A model generated the notes under the pieces. That model was given only the letters and a program-made list of their open reading frames with translations. It ran no database searches and had not been told where the DNA came from. From an uncultured delta proteobacterium (GTDB taxonomy: Bacteria > Myxococcota_A > Polyangia > Polyangiales > JAFGIB01): 64,000 nt of DNA. Where the stretch lies: NCBI GenBank assembly GCA_963778655.1, contig CAVZVA010000010.1:1056001-1120000 (forward strand), read 5' to 3'. The position numbers and the translations under genes are program-made. The stretch's first letter is position 1. Every line of letters begins with the position of its first letter. Below are positions 56,400 to 64,000 of this stretch, in pieces.

Positions 56400-57533
56400 T
56401 TACTCGGCCGTGTTTGGCAGGCCCTCGAAGCGCAACAGCCGGCCGTGGCCCGGATCGCACACCCACGGCCGCCCGCGGTCGTCGCTGGTCACGCAATGCG
56501 CGCCCGAGACCGCGGGCGCAACCACCAGCCGCGTGAGCTTGCCGCGCGGCGAGACCGCGAAGACCGACAGCGTCGCGCTGCGCGCGGACGGCACGGAGAG
56601 CCGTGCCCGCCGCGCGTCGTAATCGATGATGTCCACGCCCGCGCCGACGGTGGCGCTGTCGAGCACGTGTCCGTTGGACGCCTGCAGCACCACCGCCTTG
56701 CCCTCGGCGCAACCGGCGAACAGCAGATCGCGCGCAGAGTCGAGGGCGATGCCGCGCGAGCCGCCGCAGCCGTTGTCGAAACGCGCGACCACGCCGCGCG
56801 TTTGCAGATCGATCGCCAGCGTCGCGCCGTGCCACAGGTGGGTGTACGCGCGCCCGCGCGCCGCGTCGATGACCAGCGATTCGGGGCCGCCCGCGATCGC
56901 GATCCGCGCCAGGTGCTGCGGGGTGGGGCGCGGCCCCCGAGGCAGGGCGAAGATCTCGATCTGATCCCGATCCGGCTCGGTCACCCACAGCTCGCGGCGT
57001 CCCTGCACGAAGCGGACGTAGTCGGGCGACGCGGCCAGCGGCGCCGAAGCGACGATCGCGCGCGCGCCCGGGTCGACCACCGACAGCTTGTGCGAGCTCC
57101 GGTCGACCGCGAACAGCAGGCCGTCGCCCGAGTCGGCCGAGGTAACCCCGAAGTCGTGGCCGCCCGCGTAGCGCGCCTTGGCGCTGAAGCCCGGCACGGC
57201 GCTGACCGCGCCCGTGTCCGGATCGATCAGGTCGAGCGTGCCGCTGCGCGCGGCCGGCACCAGCACCCGGTGCAGCGCGCCGGCGAAGCCGAGGTCGTCG
57301 AGCCCGATGCCCGGCGCACCCAATGGAAGCGCCACCGGCACCGCGCGCAGCGCAAGCGGGTGAGCCGTGCCCGGGACGGCGCCCGCGGCCAACGGCTGCG
57401 GCGCGCGAGCCGCTTGCGTTGGCGCAGGCGCGGGCGACGGCTGCGCCGCAGCCGCCGGCGACGATCGGCCGCAGCCCGCCGCGAGCAGCGCCGCGAGCAG
57501 CGCCGTCCACGACCCGGCGGCCTTCTTTGCCAC
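56400..57533 (-). CDS. YncE/YVTN-like beta-propeller lipoprotein
   Basis: Lipobox AAGC, repeated blades (GGPESLVID, GIALD…LFAGC, VGAGVD…YD, GAHCV). Confidence 0.82.
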   Translation of the reverse strand: MAKKAAGSWTALLAALLAAGCGRSSPAAAAQPSPAPAPTQAARAPQPLAAGAVPGTAHPLALRAVPVALPLGAPGIGLDDLGFAGALHRVLVPAARSGTLDLIDPDTGAVSAVPGFSAKARYAGGHDFGVTSADSGDGLLFAVDRSSHKLSVVDPGARAIVASAPLAASPDYVRFVQGRRELWVTEPDRDQIEIFALPRGPRPTPQHLARIAIAGGPESLVIDAARGRAYTHLWHGATLAIDLQTRGVVARFDNGCGGSRGIALDSARDLLFAGCAEGKAVVLQASNGHVLDSATVGAGVDIIDYDARRARLSVPSARSATLSVFAVSPRGKLTRLVVAPAVSGAHCVTSDDRGRPWVCDPGHGRLLRFEGLPNTAE

Positions 57534-57538
57534 CGACC

Positions 57539-58639
57539 TCAATCGCGCAAGTAGTGACAGGTGTAACCGTCCGGATGCTTGACCAGATAGTCCTGGTGGT
57601 ATTGCTCGGCGGGGTAGAAGGCGCTCGCTGGTACGATCTGCGTCACAAGCGGCTTCTTCCACTTGCCCGAGCGATTGACCTTGTCCTTGACCGCCTCGGC
57701 CACGCGCCTCTGCGCCTCGCTGGTGTAGAAGATCGCCGAGCGGTACTGCGTGCCGACGTCGTTTTCCTGGCGGTTGAGCGTGGTTGGATCGTGCATGCGG
57801 AAGAAGTAGCCGAGCAGCGCCTCGTAGCTCAGCACCGAGGGATCGAAGGTCACGCGCACCGACTCGGCGTGTCCGGTGCTGCCGGTCGAGACGTCCTCGT
57901 AGCTGGGCTTCTCGAGCGTGCCGCCGGTGTATCCGACCTCGGTATCGAGCACGCCGGGGATCTTGCGCAGGATGTTCTCCATGCCCCAGAAGCAGCCGCC
58001 GGCCAGAATCGCGATTTCCTTGGTGAGCTTGGTCTTGGGCTGGATCGCGCTCTGCTTGACCCCGGGAAACAGCTTGGCGTACTGGCCGTAGCCTTCCTCG
58101 ACCAACTTTTCGGCGGGCACGAAGCGCAGCGCCGCGGAGTTCATGCAGAAGCGCAGGTTGGTGGGCGCCGGTCCGTCGTCGAACACGTGCCCGAGGTGCG
58201 AGTCGGCGTGCTTGGAGCGCACCTCGGTCCGCAGCACGCCGAGGCTGCGATCCTTGTGCTCGCTGATGTTACCGGGCTCGAGCGGCTTGGTGAAGCTCGG
58301 CCAGCCGGTACCGGACTCGTACTTGTCGAGCGAGCTGAACAGCGGCTCGCCGCTGACCACGTCGACGTAGATGCCCGCGGCGTGGTTGTTCCAGTACTTG
58401 TTGTCGAAGGGCGGTTCGGTGCCCTCTTGCTGTGTGACCTCGTATTGCAGCGAGCTCAGCTGCTGCTTGAGCTCCTGCGCGCTGGGCTTCTTCCAATTCG
58501 GGTTGGCCATGACGGTGTCCTTGGGGCTCGCGGGTGCGGCCTGCGCCGGGGGCTTCTCCGCCGCTGCCGGTGCCGCGGCCTGCGTCGTGCAGGCGGCGAT
58601 GCCGATCAGAACGAGCGATACCAGGGTGCGGTCGTGCAT
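57539..58639 (-). CDS. msrAB: Bifunctional peptide-methionine sulfoxide reductase, MsrB-MsrA order, lipoprotein
   Basis: Lipobox IAAC. MsrB motifs [18 protein letters not shown] and RFCMNS. MsrA motifs GGCFWG, GTQYRS, AEQYHQ and GYTCH. Confidence 0.95.
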   Translation of the reverse strand: MHDRTLVSLVLIGIAACTTQAAAPAAAEKPPAQAAPASPKDTVMANPNWKKPSAQELKQQLSSLQYEVTQQEGTEPPFDNKYWNNHAAGIYVDVVSGEPLFSSLDKYESGTGWPSFTKPLEPGNISEHKDRSLGVLRTEVRSKHADSHLGHVFDDGPAPTNLRFCMNSAALRFVPAEKLVEEGYGQYAKLFPGVKQSAIQPKTKLTKEIAILAGGCFWGMENILRKIPGVLDTEVGYTGGTLEKPSYEDVSTGSTGHAESVRVTFDPSVLSYEALLGYFFRMHDPTTLNRQENDVGTQYRSAIFYTSEAQRRVAEAVKDKVNRSGKWKKPLVTQIVPASAFYPAEQYHQDYLVKHPDGYTCHYLRD

Positions 58640-58802
58640 GCGGCCCTCCGGTGCGAGGCCCTTGCCGGGCAACTACAGCACATAGGACGGTTGGCGAGGG
58701 GCCAGCGTTTCAGCGCGAGGGGACTTTTGGGCCGCTGTACGCCGTAAACGCCGACTTTTCCAAGCATGCCGGGACTCCGCCGCCCGCCTGCGCCGCGCGT
58801 GC

Positions 58803-60545
58803 TCAGCCGGCTCGCGTGCGCCTGCGCCGCCACAGCAGCCATAGCACGCCCAGCCCCGGCCAGGCCACGTTGTAGGCCAGCGCGGGGCTGACGCGGCACG
58901 CGCTCGACGCCGGCGGCGACACCGTCGCGGCGCTTGCGCTTGCGACGCCCGTGCTCATCGGCGGGTCGACATTCCAGTCCGCGACCACGGCGTCGATGTC
59001 GGCGGCGGCGTCGGCCTCGACCGCGGGCGCGCCCTGCAGCGGCACCATCTCGATGCGCTCGGTGTACGGCAGCTTGGCCAGGCTGCCCGGCCAACTGAAG
59101 CCCAGATCGGTCGTGACCTCGCGTCCGTCCGGCAGCGTCAGCGCGGGCGCGCCCTTACACGGGATCAGCTCGTCGGCCCAGCGCTCGCGCGCCACCGCCG
59201 GCAGGTCGTCACGCTCGTGGAACACCGGATCGGCTGTCATCTCATCGGGCGACAAGAAGGTCAGCAAGCGCGTGAGGTAGGGCTGCTGCTCGAGCAGCTG
59301 GGCCGCGTGCTGCGCGGGCGCCACGACCCGCTCGGCATAGTCGCTGGCGAACGCGTGCGCGTCCCAGGCCGACGTGTCGAGCTGATCGGCCGCGCACGAC
59401 AGGCAGCTGTAGAATGCGCTCTCGCTGGTGCCGGCAGGGGCCGGGATGTAGCGCTGCAGCAGCGGCAGCACGAGCGGGTGCGGGAACACACACACGCCCG
59501 TGCTGCAATCGATCTGGCCCTGCTTGCGCAGCTCCGCCAGCGCTTGCGCCGGCGTCGTGCCCTCGAACGCGTCGGCGTTCCAGGTCGGGTCGGACAGCTT
59601 CACCATGCTCTGGCCGACCACACTGCTGGGCCCGGCGTATTCGGTGACGAAACCGTGCCCGTCGCCGGTCTCGTCGGCGGCGCGCGCCACCACGTTCTCG
59701 TAGTTCGAGGCGTAGGTGGGCCAGTCGAGCTTGACGTCGTCGAGCACCAGCTGGCGATAGTTCGTCGGCACCATGCGGCCCTGGCCGAGGAAGAACACAC
59801 GCACGCGCATGTCGGGCGTCGCCGCGACCGCGGTCAGCTGCAGCGGAATCGAGGCCCGCGTGCCGGGGTAGCGAAACACGATCGGATGGATCTCCTTGAC
59901 GTCGGCGCCGGGCGCGAAGCGCACCGCCGCGAACACAGAGCCGGCGTCCACGTAGGGCTGCAGCAGCGCGAGCGAGCGCGCGGGCAGCTGGAACGCGTTG
60001 TCGCTCAGCCATTGCAGCACTTCGTCTGCGCTCTTGGGCTGCAGGATGGTCACGTCGAAGCTGCCCACGGTCTTGCCGATCGGGTCCATCATCTCGGCGG
60101 CGTTCTCGCGCTTCATCGCCACCCCACCGAGGCTCGCGGAGCTGGCGCTGCCGCCGGCACAGCCCTGGCTCTCGCTGGTACGCGTGCTGCCGTCGCAGCG
60201 CATCTGCGTGGTACGAATACCGTACAGCGGCGTGCTGCCTGCGAGCAGCGCGTCGAACAGCAGCTGCGAGCCGACCGACACCTCGGGCACGGCCGGCATC
60301 GGCACCAGCCAGGCGAAGCGCGCGGGATCGCCCTGATAGCGGATCTGTACGTGCGCCTCCACGTAGCCGTCGCCTTCGACGAAGAGCACGTTCTCGCCGC
60401 TCTGATCGACGGTCATGGGCACCGACTGGGCCGTCGGTCCAATCGGTCCGGCGTCGCAAAAAGTACCGCCGCAAGCACGCGTCACGGACGGCGCTGCGGC
60501 GGTCGATAACAAGACAAAGCAAGCCAAGCCAAGCCAAGCGCGCAA
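58803..60545 (-). CDS. DUF2330 domain protein with MYXO-CTERM-like tail
   Basis: Signal peptide then CGGTFC, QIRYQG…FAWLVP, WLSDN, IPLQLT, YLTRL. C-terminus SAC…[12 protein letters not shown] start follows a GGAGG-like RBS. Confidence 0.85.
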   Translation of the reverse strand: MRAWLGLACFVLLSTAAAPSVTRACGGTFCDAGPIGPTAQSVPMTVDQSGENVLFVEGDGYVEAHVQIRYQGDPARFAWLVPMPAVPEVSVGSQLLFDALLAGSTPLYGIRTTQMRCDGSTRTSESQGCAGGSASSASLGGVAMKRENAAEMMDPIGKTVGSFDVTILQPKSADEVLQWLSDNAFQLPARSLALLQPYVDAGSVFAAVRFAPGADVKEIHPIVFRYPGTRASIPLQLTAVAATPDMRVRVFFLGQGRMVPTNYRQLVLDDVKLDWPTYASNYENVVARAADETGDGHGFVTEYAGPSSVVGQSMVKLSDPTWNADAFEGTTPAQALAELRKQGQIDCSTGVCVFPHPLVLPLLQRYIPAPAGTSESAFYSCLSCAADQLDTSAWDAHAFASDYAERVVAPAQHAAQLLEQQPYLTRLLTFLSPDEMTADPVFHERDDLPAVARERWADELIPCKGAPALTLPDGREVTTDLGFSWPGSLAKLPYTERIEMVPLQGAPAVEADAAADIDAVVADWNVDPPMSTGVASASAATVSPPASSACRVSPALAYNVAWPGLGVLWLLWRRRRTRAG

Positions 60546-60737
60546 AGCACCCTCCCTCGTGTCCCGCGAGGCGCGCCCCGGACACCGGTCGCGCCCGGAC
60601 CCACGTACGCGGAGCAATGGCTGTGCCAGTTGCGCTTGCGGCGTGGTGCAGGCGGCTCCGCACCGGCCCAACGCTGCCGCAATGCTGCTGCGGTCTCGCG
60701 CGCTTACGCCGCCGTCCGAGTCGCCGCGCGCGCCCGG

Positions 60738-61580
60738 CTAGCGGGCCCCTTGCTGCGCGAGCGCGCCGGGTGCGCGCTGCCCGCTCATGACATCGATGTC
60801 CGGGCCCGAAGGCCTGTGATCGCGCTGGGCGGCCCGCGGCAGCAGCAGCGCGAAGGGATCGCCGGGCGCACCCAGCCCCCGCAGCGAGCTGGCCCCGGCG
60901 ACGCCGTGCAGCGAGATCCAGCGCGCGCTCAGGCGGTGCAGGGTGGCGACTTTCGCGCCCGTGCGAAGAGTCTGCCAGCGTTCCCAGCTCGCCTTCACCC
61001 CGCCCAGCGGCATGATCGACACCCACATCTTCCAGGCGCGCGGCAGGCCGCCCGTGCCCGGCAGCCACAGATAGCTGTCGCCGGCCGTCAGCTCGCCGCG
61101 CGAGTACCGCACCAGCAGCGTGCGCTCGCCGTCGGGCAAGCGCACCAGCTCGCGCGCGACGCCTGGATCGAATAGGGTGGCCAGCGGGTTGAGCCAGAAG
61201 CTGTCGTGCGCGAAGAAGCGCGATGCGCGGTCGAGCAAGTGGCGCGCGGAGTCGCCCCACAGCGGCAGGCCGTCGTGGAACACGCGCCCGTCGTGCGACT
61301 TCAGCCGCAGCAGCACTCGTTCGTCGTCCCATTCCACCCGGGCGAAGCCGCGCTCGCGATCCCACAGGTAGCGCCGCGAGCTTCCGAATTGGAAGCGCAC
61401 CGCCAGCGTGCGCTTCCAGGCCTCGACGTCCACGGCCTGCTGCAGCGCGTGCGCCAACGCATCGGCTTCAGCGCCGGTCTGGCCGTGCGGCAGCGGCTCG
61501 CTCAGGGTGTAGTAGAGCACCAGGCCGAGCCCCGGCAGGGCCAGCAGCGTCGCGATGAGCCATTTGGCCGAGCGCCGCAT
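60738..61580 (-). CDS. Hypothetical protein with N-terminal membrane anchor
   Basis: TM helix then GAEADALA…YLWD…DSFWLNP…GDSYLW…WKMWVSI, host-like codons. Confidence 0.75.
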   Translation of the reverse strand: MRRSAKWLIATLLALPGLGLVLYYTLSEPLPHGQTGAEADALAHALQQAVDVEAWKRTLAVRFQFGSSRRYLWDRERGFARVEWDDERVLLRLKSHDGRVFHDGLPLWGDSARHLLDRASRFFAHDSFWLNPLATLFDPGVARELVRLPDGERTLLVRYSRGELTAGDSYLWLPGTGGLPRAWKMWVSIMPLGGVKASWERWQTLRTGAKVATLHRLSARWISLHGVAGASSLRGLGAPGDPFALLLPRAAQRDHRPSGPDIDVMSGQRAPGALAQQGAR

Positions 61581-61670
61581 GACCCAGAGGGTAGCAGGCC
61601 TCGCGCGGAGCGGAAGAAGCGGCAGGTTGCGACTTCATGACGCAGGGGTTTCGCCTGCAATGGCCGTCGC

Positions 61671-62726
61671 TTACAGCGGTTGCACGAGCTGAGGGACGCG
61701 GCCGCGAGCCAGGTCCTCCAGCAGCTGCTGCCCCAGGCGCTCGCTCGCGGCGGCCGCCGCACGCCAGCGCGCGATGCGCTCGAGCGTGCGCAGTCGGGTG
61801 AAATCGTCGCGCGTCGGCACCTGGCCGCCGGGCAGCTCCGCCATGAAGCTCGCGCTCGGATAGACCAGCAGCAGCCGGTCCTGCGCCGCTGCTGCGGGCG
61901 CCCGCCAGGGCAGGTACTTGTCGAACCACGCCGGCACCACCCGGCGCTGGTGGCTGAACAGCAGCGACAGCCCGTGCGCGTCGCCCAGCGGCTGGCGCAC
62001 GTGGTAGTCGCCGAAGCCGCCGTCGATGTAGCGCGCGTGTGCGCGCTGCGGCGAAAGCGCGACCGGTGCCATGTAGAGCGGAACCGTGCCGCTGGCGAGC
62101 GCGACTTCGTGCAGGCTTGCGGCCTCGAGCGCAGCGCGCCGCGAGTCGCTGTGCGCGAGCCACGCTTCGGGCAGCCCCGGGCTCGTAAACAGCGTGGGCT
62201 CGAGGAACAGCCGGCCAGCGCGCGGGTGCAGCGCGTGGCCCAGGGCGGCCACGCCCAGCGCGAGCTGCTGCACGCGCGCGTGCGGCGAGCCGACCGCGCC
62301 GCGCGCGCGCACGGCGTGGATCGCCAGCTGAAAGCTCGGGTGCGCGAGCGCGTGGCTGGCGTGTGCCGGTGGCAGCACCTCGTTCAGCAGCGCGCGATAG
62401 GCGTCGCTGATCTGCTGTGGCGTGTGGCGCGCGCCGAACGCCATCGAGACGTAGCCCTCGAGCAGCCGTTCGTGCGCGTGCAGCGGCTCGGGGCTGGCGT
62501 ACGCCAGACAGCGCCAGGCGCCGGCCGAGGCGCCGGCCAGCAGCACAGGCGCGCCATGCTCGAGCAGCCGCGCGCGCAGCAGCGCGCGGTCGAAGCCCAC
62601 CGCGACCAGCCACTTGGGTCCGCTGGCCGGCGCGATCAGGGTGCGGATCTGGGAGGTGGCGAAGCCTTCCGACCTGATGCGCGCCAGGGCGGCCGGGCCG
62701 GCGCGGTACTCGAGCAGGCGTGTCAC
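61671..62726 (-). CDS. Patatin-like phospholipase family protein
   Basis: ASGPKW, GASAGAWR (GxSxG), ASGTVP, DGG…DYH. Confidence 0.82.
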   Translation of the reverse strand: MTRLLEYRAGPAALARIRSEGFATSQIRTLIAPASGPKWLVAVGFDRALLRARLLEHGAPVLLAGASAGAWRCLAYASPEPLHAHERLLEGYVSMAFGARHTPQQISDAYRALLNEVLPPAHASHALAHPSFQLAIHAVRARGAVGSPHARVQQLALGVAALGHALHPRAGRLFLEPTLFTSPGLPEAWLAHSDSRRAALEAASLHEVALASGTVPLYMAPVALSPQRAHARYIDGGFGDYHVRQPLGDAHGLSLLFSHQRRVVPAWFDKYLPWRAPAAAAQDRLLLVYPSASFMAELPGGQVPTRDDFTRLRTLERIARWRAAAAASERLGQQLLEDLARGRVPQLVQPL

Positions 62727-62923
62727 CGCGCGCCGGCATAGCCGGCCGAGCGGTCGGGCACAAGCCGGTCGCGGGGTGCCACCGCGGGCGGCCAACGAGC
62801 AGGTGACGCCGGAGCCGGAGCCGGGCACACTGGGCGGGTCGAGGCCATGGCGTCCTGCCGAATCGAAATCAACGCCGGCTTCACGCGCCCTGCGCCGATC
62901 GCGGGCCAGCCGCCGAGGTGCGG

Positions 62924-64000
62924 GTGAGCGCTGAGCGCGCGGACGTGGTGGTGATCGGCGCGGGCGTGAGCGGGCTCTCGTTCGCTTGCTGGTGGCGCGA
63001 ACGCCGGCCGGGCGCGCGGGTGGTCGTGCTCGAGCGCGAGGCCGAGCCCGGCGGCTACTGCCGGACGGTCGCGCGCGACGGCTTCGTTTGGGACTACTCC
63101 GGGCACTTCTTTCACTTCCGTGATCCGTCGATCGAAGCCTGGTTGCGCGCGCGCATGCCGGGCGAAGATGTGCGCACGGTGCAACGGGTGGCGAAGATCC
63201 GCTACGCGGGCCGCGACATCGACTTCCCGTTCCAGAAGCACATCCACCAGCTCCCGCTGCAGGAGTTCCTCGAGTGCCTGACCGAGCTGTACTTCCGGCC
63301 CGAGGGCGACGGGCCGCCGCGCTCGTTCGGGGAGATGCTGTACCGCCGCCTGGGCAAGGGCATCACCGACAAGTTCTTGCGGCCGTACAACGAGAAGCTG
63401 TACGCGACCGATCTCGACACGCTGGATCCGGACGCGATGGGGCGGTTCTTTCCCCACGCCGAGATCGCCGACATCATCGCGAACATGCGGCCGGGGGCGC
63501 GCAGCCACGGCTACAACGCGAGCTTCACCTATCCCGCCGGAGGCGCGGTGAGCTACGTGCGCGCCCTGGCGCGCGATCTGCCGCCCGGCGCGATCGCCTG
63601 CAACGAGCCGGCCCTCGCCATCGATCTGGACGCGCGGACGGTGACCACGCCGCAGCGCACGATCGCGTTCGGGCACGTGGTGAGCTCGGCGCCCCTGCCC
63701 GCGCTGGCGCGGATCTGCGGGGTTGCCCACGAGCGTGCGCTGTTCAGCTCCAACCAGGTGCTGGTGTTCAATCTCGGCTTCGATCGCAAGGGGGCCGACG
63801 GCGTGCACTGGATGTACTTCCCGGACCCGTCGATCGTGTTCTACCGGGTGGGCTTCTACGACAACATCCTGGGCGGCGACCGCATGAGCCTGTACGTCGA
63901 GATCGGCGCACCCGATGGCGCGGCCTTCGACGTGCCCGCGCTGCGCGCGCGCGTGCTCGCGGACCTGGCGGCCGAGCGCATCGTCACCGACCAGCGGCTG
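62924..64000 (+). CDS. FAD-dependent oxidoreductase (HemY/UDP-galactopyranose mutase-like), partial, runs off the right edge
   Basis: Missing from the ORF track because it has no stop in the window. Reads [19 protein letters not shown]…[15 protein letters not shown]…[14 protein letters not shown]…PYNEKLY…FTYPAGG. Confidence 0.88.
   Translation, partial: MSAERADVVVIGAGVSGLSFACWWRERRPGARVVVLEREAEPGGYCRTVARDGFVWDYSGHFFHFRDPSIEAWLRARMPGEDVRTVQRVAKIRYAGRDIDFPFQKHIHQLPLQEFLECLTELYFRPEGDGPPRSFGEMLYRRLGKGITDKFLRPYNEKLYATDLDTLDPDAMGRFFPHAEIADIIANMRPGARSHGYNASFTYPAGGAVSYVRALARDLPPGAIACNEPALAIDLDARTVTTPQRTIAFGHVVSSAPLPALARICGVAHERALFSSNQVLVFNLGFDRKGADGVHWMYFPDPSIVFYRVGFYDNILGGDRMSLYVEIGAPDGAAFDVPALRARVLADLAAERIVTDQRL

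Noticed and set aside
60521..60539. AAGCC microsatellite at the start of the DUF2330 gene as a phase-variation tract
   Set aside because: Only about three copies, too short to support slippage.
1..64000. Many long overlapping ORFs (e.g. 4994-7519, 17560-20691, 21388-24531, 35721-38075 on the minus strand)
   Set aside because: Arg/Ala/Pro-rich shadow frames of real genes, expected in high-GC DNA.

Overview
Very GC-rich, gene-dense bacterial chromosome segment. Gene content points to a myxobacterium, probably Polyangiales-like (inferred): Gly/Ala-rich lipoproteins, Cys-rich repeat proteins, a PEGA protein, an AgmX/PglI-type domain, DUF2330 with a MYXO-CTERM-like tail, and a kinase-ATPase fusion. 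About 44 credible CDSs include plant-polysaccharide enzymes (GH43 tail, GH10, esterase, PL4), a sulfatase/sulfotransferase cluster, a 2-oxoacid dehydrogenase E2, prmA-rsmE, msrBA and a TonB-dependent receptor. No rRNA, tRNA, CRISPR, integrase or transposase was seen. Main candidates for follow-up: (1) a two-gene operon with atypical codon usage (45452-51128) pairing a Schlafen/AlbA_2 protein with a 1502-aa NACHT/STAND NTPase that carries a C-terminal PD-(D/E)XK nuclease, a candidate anti-phage system; (2) a promoter, leader peptide, antiterminator and terminator in front of an MFS transporter (38227-38490); (3) a 99-bp tandem array of a palindromic REP-like unit (52577-53053); (4) a sulfatase-DJ-1 fusion in a mycobacterial-like gene pair; (5) a surface protein with an unrecognised 20-aa repeat; (6) a TetR-type operator. 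All family calls come from motif recognition by eye, no searches were run, and start codons are estimates.
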